The notes below the pieces were generated by a model. The model ran no database searches and was not told the origin of the DNA. It saw nothing but the letters and a program-made list of their open reading frames with translations. A DNA stretch of 48,664 nt from assembly GCA_964639335.1 (NCBI GenBank), contig CAZXCJ010000002.1, positions 1 through 48,664 of the forward strand, given 5' to 3'. Positions 20,041-27,539 of this stretch are shown here, in pieces. Both the position numbers and the translations under genes were made by a program. The first letter of the stretch is position 1; the number at the start of each line of letters is the position of its first letter. This DNA is from an uncultured Gammaproteobacteria bacterium (lineage in GTDB: Bacteria; Patescibacteriota; Patescibacteriia; UBA1558; S5-K13).

Positions 20041-20210
20041 TTAAACTGTTAAACCGTTGAACTGTTGAACTGTTGAACTGTTGAATTGTTTTAAATTGCT
20101 TTAATAATTTAGTAATTTATTCTAACCATTTAACAATTTAACCATTTAACAATTTAGTAACCATTTAACCATTTAATAACAATTTAACAATTTAGTAACC
20201 ATTTAACAAC
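20041..20210. repeat. AT-rich tandem word repeats (AACTGTTG period 8, then AACCATTTAACAATTT period 8-9)
   Basis: cttaaactgttaaaccgttgaactgttgaactgttgaactgttgaattg ... aaccatttaacaatttaaccatttaacaatttagtaaccatttaacc... Confidence 0.85.
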
Positions 20211-20338
20211 TTAATATAAGAAGGAAAAGCGATTTATTCACCAGTCAGAGATTTTGTCTTTGACATAATGTATTAACTTAAGGGCCGTATTTTTGCGGTC
20301 CTTTTTAATTTAATGAAAACAACCCATGGAGGTTTAAG

Positions 20339-22948
20339 ATGAAAAAGATTGTAAAATTAGTAGCTATTATAATGGTAGCTATGTTCGTAAAATTAGAGGC
20401 AGATGACCATTTTTTGACTCTGCCAGTAATTGGAAGCGATATTGAAGTTGAACATGCCTGGTATTATCACCCCGATGTTGGAGGAGGACTTCATCAAGCA
20501 ATTGATTATACTCGTTTAGTGCCTGGGGCAATTGAAGGCCAAAATATTTTGGCAAGTTATGGCGGCATAGTGGTCCACATTACTAATGATGTTCCAAACA
20601 ATACTAATCCACCGGGTCAGGCCTATGGTAATTATGTTAAAATTGACCATGATAATGGATATGAAACTCTTTATGCTCATTGTTTATGCAATAGCATTCC
20701 ACTTAATGTTGGTGATTATGTATACCAGGGCCAAATTATTGGCCAAGTAGGAATAACCGGCCTGACTAGCGGAGCTCATTTACATTTTGAATTGATTTAC
20801 AACGGAGAAAAGATTGATCCTTATGGCTGGTACACTTATCCGAATACTCCCAATACTTATCCAAATTGTAATCCCGATGAATATTATTGGATGCAAAGCC
20901 CGCCTGCCGGGCCTCCTAATGTTAACTCCGACAGACAGTTGCCAAATGATTTATTAGTACATGTTTTAGGAACTCCAGATTATTGTTATTTAGAAAATGA
21001 CTTGATGTGCAAATTTGATTGTGAGTACCCTTTTTATACTTGGGGTTTTGAATGGGACGAAGCTGTTGACATTAGCCAAGATGAGTTTTCCGATTTCTTA
21101 ATAGGTCCTGATGTTGAAGTTATGCCCGGAGCCGGTGTTTATGACCAAAATTACCAAAGATGGGTTTTTGACTACAGCTCTGATACTTCGCCAGTTATTG
21201 TCAAAAGAAAGGCGACTAATTGGTCGCAATTAGGTTATGCAGTGGATATTTGGATTCCAGTTTCTAATGATTTTATGGCTCAATTTAATCAAGGTTCAGA
21301 ATTGTTAAATGTTAGTGATTATCCTTATGGAGCTGTTTTACAAAATCAAAACAATTTGTCTCAAAGATATGTTTTGGTTAATGGCAGTAATTATGGAATG
21401 CCAAGTCAGAAAATGAAAATTCCTTTGTTTTCCGATGATGCTTATCATATTAATTATTATCATCACAATTTCAATGTTTTGGTTTCTAATTCAGCTTTAG
21501 CCAATTTCCCAACTATTAATGGAGTGTGCAGTATGATTCGCGACGGAAAATTGATTAGTGGTTCAGGAGCAGAAATTTACTATTTGGAAAATGGTCAAAA
21601 AAGAAAGATTGTTGATGCCAATTCTTTTATCTATTATGGTTTTGATTATGCTAATGTTCATGAAGTTAGTAATGCTGACATTGATATTTTTCCTAATGGA
21701 GCAGATATTTTCTTTAGTCCAAGCGGTGGTGCGGCTTATGCTGGCGGTGAATTAGAAGATGGTGGTTTTGATTCAGGATTAAGTGCTTATTGGAATTTCT
21801 TTGACTGGCAGGAAGTGGCTGACTTTGACGTAACAGCTAACAATTCAATTTCAGGTGTGTTTAAAGCGGAAGTAGATGTTTTTTCTTCGGTCAATTCTTA
21901 TGATGTAGAACTTAAACAGTTAGTAGAAGTTGAAAATGAAGCATTATATCATTTCTCGTTTTGGATTAAATCTATTGATCAGATGCCAGTTACTATAGCT
22001 CTACAAAATGATAATTCTCCTTGGAATAATTACGGTTTATGGAAAGAAATCAGCACTTCTGGTGATTGGAGTAAATATCAATATGTCTTTACAGCTAATG
22101 GCTTTGATGATTTGGCCCGTCTTAGTTTTCAAGTTGGCCAGTCAACTGGACATCTTTATCTTGACCAAGTTGTTTTTGAAAAAATAGAAGAAATTCTACC
22201 CCCAGCTGGAAATTTATTGGCTAATGGAGATTTTGAATTGGGACATTACGCCCCATATCAAGTAGAGGACCATAATTCTACGGCCTCTTACTATACCGAT
22301 GAATTAGAATCTTACCATGGCCAGTATTCCTTGTTCATTGATCCTAATCAAAACGGAGAGTTTTATCAAGTGCAGTTAAAACAAATTGTAGAAGTTGAAG
22401 AAGACCAAGAGTATCAGCTTTCTTTTTGGGCTAAAGCACAAACTGAGAGAACGGTTCTTGTGGAACTTTGCCAAGATGTTTCTCCTTGGACTAATTATGG
22501 ACTATGGGAAGAAATTTCTATTAGCCCCGGCTGGAATTTATATCAGATAGAATTTACAACTGATAATGTCGGTACAGCTCGCTTAGCCATTCATTTAGGA
22601 AATCAGGACATTGCTCTGTGGTTAGATGATATTTCCTTATTAGATTCTTTTTCCATTGCTGATAATCCAATTGAAACGGGAAATGTTTCTTTATGGCAAA
22701 ATTACCCCAATCCTTTTGAAACCAGTACTTCTATCTCTTATTCCTTGTTAGAGTTTGATTGTCATTTGTTGATTTACAACATTAAGGGTCAAATTGTTCA
22801 AGATTTTCTTTTAGATAATAGTCAGAATAGTATTCTTTGGTCAGGCAATGACCAAACTGGCTTTTCAGTTCCTAGTGGAGTGTATTTTTATCAAATTAAA
22901 GGTTCCACTATACAAAGTTCGGTGAAAAAAATGCTTTTCCTTAAATAA
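20339..22948 (+). CDS. Secreted M23 metallopeptidase with two CBM4/9-like modules and a T9SS-type (Por) C-terminal sorting domain
   Basis: Signal peptide MKKIVKLVAIIMVAMFVKLEA. M23 motifs are HQAIDY, GNYVKIDHDNGYETLYAH and GAHLHFE. Two GGFD/NGDFE...W...LDD(V/I) jelly-roll modules follow. The C-terminus QNYPNPFETSTSISY...IYNIKGQIV...PSGVYFYQIKG is the classic T9SS CTD. A GGAGG Shine-Dalgarno lies 5 nt upstream of the ATG. Confidence 0.85.
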   Translation: MKKIVKLVAIIMVAMFVKLEADDHFLTLPVIGSDIEVEHAWYYHPDVGGGLHQAIDYTRLVPGAIEGQNILASYGGIVVHITNDVPNNTNPPGQAYGNYVKIDHDNGYETLYAHCLCNSIPLNVGDYVYQGQIIGQVGITGLTSGAHLHFELIYNGEKIDPYGWYTYPNTPNTYPNCNPDEYYWMQSPPAGPPNVNSDRQLPNDLLVHVLGTPDYCYLENDLMCKFDCEYPFYTWGFEWDEAVDISQDEFSDFLIGPDVEVMPGAGVYDQNYQRWVFDYSSDTSPVIVKRKATNWSQLGYAVDIWIPVSNDFMAQFNQGSELLNVSDYPYGAVLQNQNNLSQRYVLVNGSNYGMPSQKMKIPLFSDDAYHINYYHHNFNVLVSNSALANFPTINGVCSMIRDGKLISGSGAEIYYLENGQKRKIVDANSFIYYGFDYANVHEVSNADIDIFPNGADIFFSPSGGAAYAGGELEDGGFDSGLSAYWNFFDWQEVADFDVTANNSISGVFKAEVDVFSSVNSYDVELKQLVEVENEALYHFSFWIKSIDQMPVTIALQNDNSPWNNYGLWKEISTSGDWSKYQYVFTANGFDDLARLSFQVGQSTGHLYLDQVVFEKIEEILPPAGNLLANGDFELGHYAPYQVEDHNSTASYYTDELESYHGQYSLFIDPNQNGEFYQVQLKQIVEVEEDQEYQLSFWAKAQTERTVLVELCQDVSPWTNYGLWEEISISPGWNLYQIEFTTDNVGTARLAIHLGNQDIALWLDDISLLDSFSIADNPIETGNVSLWQNYPNPFETSTSISYSLLEFDCHLLIYNIKGQIVQDFLLDNSQNSILWSGNDQTGFSVPSGVYFYQIKGSTIQSSVKKMLFLK

Positions 22949-22956
22949 GTAAAAAT

Positions 22957-23050
22957 CACCTTTAAGGTGATAAATCCCACACCTTTTTTTAGGAAAAGGT
23001 GTGGGATAAATCCCTGTCTTTTAATTGACGGGGATTTTTTTGTTTTTTTA
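22957..23050 (+). terminator. Cluster of four stem-loops; the third is a T-tract terminator
   Basis: tcaccttt-aaggtga; cccacacc-N14-ggtgtggg (22976-23005); tccctgtc-N8-gacgggga followed by tttttttgttttttt; gccacctttttc-tag-aaaaaggtggc (23051-23076). Confidence 0.55.
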
Positions 23051-23086
23051 GCCACCTTTTTCTAGAAAAAGGTGGCGCTAAAAAGT

Positions 23087-23240
23087 CGCGCCCCTTACAA
23101 AAATTTATATAATTTTATCACTACACTGGCTAAAATTTCGAAACTCACCCCCACTTTTTTCAAAAGTGGGGGTTCAAACAGTCGAAATTTTTTTACGCCA
23201 GTTTCGTTCAAATTCTAGATAAATTTTTGTAAGGGGCGCG
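23087..23240. repeat. 154-nt nested inverted repeat (long hairpin)
   Basis: Outer arms are cgcgccccttacaaaaatttat / ataaatttttgtaaggggcgcg, middle arms ctggctaaaatttcga / tcgaaatttttttacgccag, and the core cccccacttttttcaaaagtggggg. Confidence 0.7.
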
Positions 23241-23316
23241 GGAATTATATATTAAAATAAAAATTGATGAATTAATCAGCGTGATAAGAGTGTTAGTATT
23301 ATGGCCAAGGATTTTT

Positions 23317-24591
23317 TTACATATCTTTTCTCAAAGCGAGGATTGGGTCCATTTTAGCGGCTTTGCGGGCTGGGAAAACTCCAAAAACTAATCCAGACAA
23401 AATGGAGAAACTAAAAGCAATAATTAAGCCAATTAAAGGAATAACTAATTTCCAGTCTAAGCCATAATAATTAGCTCCGATTGAAATTAATAAAGCAATT
23501 AAGATTCCCAGAACTATTCCTACTAAAGCTCCAATTAAAGCGATAATTATAGCTTCAATTAAAAATTGCCACAAAATGTCTTTTTGTTTAGCGCCAACGG
23601 CTTTACGCAAACCAATTTCAAAAGTTCTTTCACTGACAATAACATACATGATGTTCATAATGCCTACTCCGCCGACAATTAGAGAAACGACAACTATAGC
23701 CAAGAGAAGCAAGGTGATATAAGCAGTTATTTCATCAACCATAGACATCATTTCTTCCATGGTATAAACCACAAAGTCATCTTTGGCAGTATCAGCCTCG
23801 GGATTATTAATATCGTGATTTTCGCGTAATAAAACCCTAATATCTTCAGCAGTTTGGTCGGCCAAAGACAAATCTTCTATTTGATGAACCATGTACATTA
23901 AATAATCAATGCCCATAATTCTTTTTTGCAAAGTGCGAACAGGAATATAAATATATTCATCAAAGTCAACGCTCATTACTGCCCCCCTTTCTTCCATAAT
24001 TCCAATAACTTTATATTTAGATTTTCCTAATTTAATAAACCTTCCTAAAGCGTCAGAATCAGCAAAAAGCGTTTCTTTAACCTTTGAACCTAAAACCACT
24101 ACTCGCGCCAAAGATTTATCTTCTCCTGCGGTAAAAAATCTTCCTTGAGCAACTTCACTTTTATCTATATTTATATAAGCGGGACTAACTCCAAATAAAA
24201 ATATTTTTTTTCTTTTGTTTTCATGAGTAGCCAATTCTTGACCCATGATTCCGCCATAACCATCTAGGACATTGGGTAACTTAATAGCATCTTCAACATC
24301 ATCTAAAGTCAGAGTAGTTATTTGCACTCCTTGGGCCATAGCAGTGGCGGTCTCCATATCACTAGTACCACCCTTTTTGCTTTTTTCTGGAATACGCACT
24401 TCGCTTTCTATAATATCAGTTCCAAAAGATTCTACCTGTTGGACAATTAAATTTTTAAATCCCTCTCCAGCAGAAAAAACAACCATGATGCTGGTTACTC
24501 CGACAACCATACCTAAAATAGTTAAAAAAGTTCTAGTTTTATTATTTTTAATTGATTGCCAAACGATTTTTAAAGGAGTTTTTAGGTTCAT
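23317..24591 (-). CDS. ABC transporter permease, MacB/FtsX family (copy 2)
   Basis: N-terminal TM helix, a large extracytoplasmic MacB_PCD-like domain and a C-terminal FtsX 3-TM bundle with EIGLRKAVGA. Confidence 0.9.
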   Translation of the reverse strand: MNLKTPLKIVWQSIKNNKTRTFLTILGMVVGVTSIMVVFSAGEGFKNLIVQQVESFGTDIIESEVRIPEKSKKGGTSDMETATAMAQGVQITTLTLDDVEDAIKLPNVLDGYGGIMGQELATHENKRKKIFLFGVSPAYINIDKSEVAQGRFFTAGEDKSLARVVVLGSKVKETLFADSDALGRFIKLGKSKYKVIGIMEERGAVMSVDFDEYIYIPVRTLQKRIMGIDYLMYMVHQIEDLSLADQTAEDIRVLLRENHDINNPEADTAKDDFVVYTMEEMMSMVDEITAYITLLLLAIVVVSLIVGGVGIMNIMYVIVSERTFEIGLRKAVGAKQKDILWQFLIEAIIIALIGALVGIVLGILIALLISIGANYYGLDWKLVIPLIGLIIAFSFSILSGLVFGVFPARKAAKMDPILALRKDM

Positions 24592-24664
24592 TTTTATTAA
24601 ATTGTTGAATGGTTACTAAATGGTTAAATTGTTAAATGGTTAAATGGTTAAATGGTTAAATTGT

Positions 24665-24722
24665 CGAAGATCCCGAGTTTATCGAGGGATCGAAGACCCT
24701 GAGTGGGTGAAACGAATCGAAG
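24665..24722. repeat. 58-nt GC-rich insert, identical to 39762-39819, flanked by 11-bp direct repeats GGTTAAATTGT
   Basis: cgaagatcccgagtttatcgagggatcgaagaccctgagtgggtgaaacgaatcgaag. The direct repeats are at 24654-24664 and 24723-24733. Confidence 0.85.
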
Positions 24723-24851
24723 GGTTAAATTGTTGTATGATTTTTATCAATATAACAATTAAGCCATAGAATAATATAACGATTTATTGTTAGTTGTAAA
24801 TTGTCTGCTTGCCGGTAGGCGGGGTAGGCGGGTTTATTGGTAATTGAAAAT

Positions 24852-26108
24852 TTATTCATAGCGCAGGGCTTCAATGGGGTTTAGTTTACTGGCTTTTTTA
24901 GCCGGATAAATGCCAAAACCAATTCCAACTAAACTAGAAACGCTTAGTCCTAAAAAGATAGAGGGAAGAGAAATAATAAACGGCCAAGCATAACCCAATA
25001 AATGAGTAATTACAAAACTAATTAAAGCAGAAACTATAAAGCCGAGGACAATTCCCAAAATTCCACCAATAATAGTCATGGTTACGGTTTCTACTAAGAA
25101 TTGGGTTAAAATATTTTGATTATTTGCCCCCAGGGCCTTACGTAAGCCAATTTCATTAGTTCTTTCAGTAACATTAACTAACATAATATTCATAATTCCA
25201 ATTCCGCCAACAATTAAAGATAGACCAGCCATTGCGGCTAAAAATAATTTCAAAGAATCAGTAATGGTTTTAATCATCTCCATTGCTTGAGCAGCACTAT
25301 TAACAGTAAAATCATCGCTAGCACCGCTTTGGTCTTTGATTTCATGTTTTTCTCTTAAGGTTGTTTCAATATCCCGAATACTGATTTGAATATTTTCTTC
25401 TTTATCTACTTTAGCTCGAATTACGCTGACATGATTAACTCCGGCAATTAATTTTTGCATAGTTTTGATTGGTAGAAAAATGCGATCATCAAAATTTTGA
25501 AAGCCAACATTGCCCTTTTCTTTCATAATACCAATAACTTCAAAGATTTGTTTTTTAATTTTAATTCTTTGATTCAGAGCTTCGGAATCACCAAAAAGCT
25601 CTTCCTTGACTTTACTGCCCAAAACCGCCACTTTAGCGAGATTAGTTTCTTCGGCTTCAGTAAAAAATCTACCTCTTTCTACTTTTGCTTGGGTAATTTC
25701 TAAGTGTCCGACATTGGTACCACTAATATCAGTATTATAATTATTGGATTTCCAAATAATATTTTCTACTCCATTAGTGTAGACCGCTACCGCACTAATA
25801 TGAGGAGCATTATTTCCTTTTAGTAAAGCCTGTGCATCTTCATAAGTTAAAGAAGTGATGGCAATACCCATAACCGAAGCCGGGGGCTGGCCTTCTTCTG
25901 ATTTACCGGGCATAATGCTAATAGTATTTGAACCCAAGCTTTCCACTTGTGATAGAATTAGTTCTTGAGCTCCGGCCCCAACTGCCATAATAATAATAAC
26001 GGCGGCGACACCAATGATGATTCCGAGCATAGTTAAAAAACTTCTAGCTTTATTAGCTAGTAGAGCAGTGGCGGCGATCTTAATACATTGTTTGCAAAAT
26101 TCCAGCAT
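24852..26108 (-). CDS. ABC transporter permease, MacB/FtsX family (copy 1)
   Basis: Same architecture as copy 2; contains EIGLRKALGA. Confidence 0.9.
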   Translation of the reverse strand: MLEFCKQCIKIAATALLANKARSFLTMLGIIIGVAAVIIIMAVGAGAQELILSQVESLGSNTISIMPGKSEEGQPPASVMGIAITSLTYEDAQALLKGNNAPHISAVAVYTNGVENIIWKSNNYNTDISGTNVGHLEITQAKVERGRFFTEAEETNLAKVAVLGSKVKEELFGDSEALNQRIKIKKQIFEVIGIMKEKGNVGFQNFDDRIFLPIKTMQKLIAGVNHVSVIRAKVDKEENIQISIRDIETTLREKHEIKDQSGASDDFTVNSAAQAMEMIKTITDSLKLFLAAMAGLSLIVGGIGIMNIMLVNVTERTNEIGLRKALGANNQNILTQFLVETVTMTIIGGILGIVLGFIVSALISFVITHLLGYAWPFIISLPSIFLGLSVSSLVGIGFGIYPAKKASKLNPIEALRYE

Positions 26109-26114
26109 AAGAGA

Positions 26115-26828
26115 TTATTTAATGCCGTCTTCTTGAGTTGCCAACCTTCTTTTAGTAACCGAGCTGTCTTTAATTATTAAACCATCTTTAATACTGATGA
26201 TTCTATCAGCATGTTCGGCAGTATAGGTTTCATGAGTAACTAAAATGACAGTTTTGCCCCGATCGTTTAGGGCTTGAAGAATTTCCATAACTTGTTTTCC
26301 GGATTTAGAGTCCAAATTTCCCGTAGGTTCGTCAGCAAAAACTACATCGGGATCATTCACTAAAGCACGGGCAATAGCTACGCGTTGTTTTTCCCCGCCA
26401 GATATTTGATTAGAATGATAATTTAGACGATGACTTAAATTAACGCTTTCTAAAACTTTTTTTGCTTGTTTTTTATGATCACCCTTGTTATGGGAATAAG
26501 TTAGCGGTAAAATTACATTTTCTAAGACAGTGGTTTTGGGTAATAAATGAAAGGCCTGAAAAACAAAACCAATTTTTTGATTTCTTAATTTAGCTAATTG
26601 ATCGTCGTCTAATTGAGAAACGTCTTGATTTTCAAAATAATAAGTACCGCTAGTTGGTCGGTCTAAAAGGCCTAAAATATGCATTAAAGTTGATTTACCA
26701 GAACCAGAGGGACCCATAATTGAAACAAATTCTCCAGCTTTAATTTCAAAAGACAAACCATGAAGTATTTTAGTAATAACTTCTCCGGTTTCATATTGTT
26801 TTTTTAAGTTTTGCACTTTAATTAACAT
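26115..26828 (-). CDS. ABC transporter ATP-binding protein (MacB/LolD-type)
   Basis: Walker [11 protein letters not shown]-loop, signature [15 protein letters not shown], Walker [13 protein letters not shown] and H-loop VTHE. Confidence 0.95.
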   Translation of the reverse strand: MLIKVQNLKKQYETGEVITKILHGLSFEIKAGEFVSIMGPSGSGKSTLMHILGLLDRPTSGTYYFENQDVSQLDDDQLAKLRNQKIGFVFQAFHLLPKTTVLENVILPLTYSHNKGDHKKQAKKVLESVNLSHRLNYHSNQISGGEKQRVAIARALVNDPDVVFADEPTGNLDSKSGKQVMEILQALNDRGKTVILVTHETYTAEHADRIISIKDGLIIKDSSVTKRRLATQEDGIK

Positions 26829-27065
26829 AGGGGGTTAGTTATAAATTGGAGAGTTTGCGGGGCTATTGTATTTAAATTTCATATTCTTACTTTTTTACCC
26901 ACTCTTTAATTTTCCCACTAATCCCGTTATTCGACGAGACAAGCATAGGGGGAGAATATATGGTAATTTGATTTGTCCCCTCCTTACCTCGCCCCGTATA
27001 AAGCGAAGCTTTTGTATGGGGTAAAGGAGGGGATAGGGGAGGTTATAATATGGCTTTTTTGGCAA

Positions 27066-27089
27066 TTATTTGTTAAATAATTTAGTCAT
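27066..27089 (-). pseudogene. Deletion remnant of a DUF559 gene (7 codons, MTKLFNK then stop)
   Basis: 27071-27130 matches 42216-42272, which is the 5' end plus upstream flank of the intact DUF559 gene at 41885-42238. 26977-27050 matches that gene's other flank (41817-41888). The gene body is missing. Confidence 0.55.
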
Positions 27090-27164
27090 AATCGCTTTTC
27101 GTTAATGATTGGCTTTTTATATTAACCCCTCCTGCCTTCGTCCCTCAACAAGTTCGGGACTACG

Positions 27165-27312
27165 GCAGGCAGGCTGTATCTCCCCTACCCCTCCGTCCCG
27201 CATCCGCGGGGCACCTCCCCTTATTAAGGGGAGGAGGGGGAGAATAATTCTAATTAACTCCCTCATCCCCTGTCTTCGCCGAAGCGTAGCTTCTGCTACG
27301 CGCAGGCAGGCC
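27165..27312. repeat. Mosaic GC-rich hairpin island (modules A and B, reverse orientation, rearranged)
   Basis: 27169-27250 is approximately the reverse complement of 11078-11160, and 27275-27312 of 11150-11195, but here the two are separated by a spacer. Confidence 0.85.
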
Positions 27313-27539
27313 AGCCCTTCTCCCTCGACTTCGAAGGAGAAGGGAGTTTATCCCGTAAAGTAGCAAAGCTACTAACGGGATTTACTCGTAGAGTTATTAA
27401 TGTAATAAATAATTTTCAAACATTACAAGTATTAATAGATATTCAAGTAAGTGCCCCTCTCTGTCGAGCTTAGCTCGATGGAGAGAGGGTTAGGGGTGAG
27501 GGGAGAATAATTAATTAAAAGCTAAAAGCCGATAGCTAA

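Noticed and set aside
19157-20210. Possible CRISPR array, because of the dense short direct repeats
   Set aside because: The repeat period is only 8-9 bp, with no unique spacers of about 30 bp. The units are degenerate and contiguous. No cas genes are in the window.
24272-24619. Antisense or shadow ORFs inside well-supported genes. This one is representative; others are 3992-4216, 8935-9159, 14294-14503, 15535-15798, 17432-17653, 19660-19890, 21558-21755, 25497-25703, 28005-28193, 28528-28812, 35580-35840, 40605-40916, 46485-46688 and 48036-48275
   Set aside because: Each is fully embedded in, or opposite to, a longer ORF with clear family motifs. None has a recognisable motif of its own. 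They are typical of stop-poor antisense frames.
27109-27363. 84-aa ORF (Pro/Arg/Ser-rich) in the adaptor-ATPase spacer
   Set aside because: It lies entirely within GC-rich mosaic hairpin repeats whose modules recur in reverse orientation at 11078-11237. Its low-complexity composition is what high-GC palindromes yield in any frame. It is not a gene.
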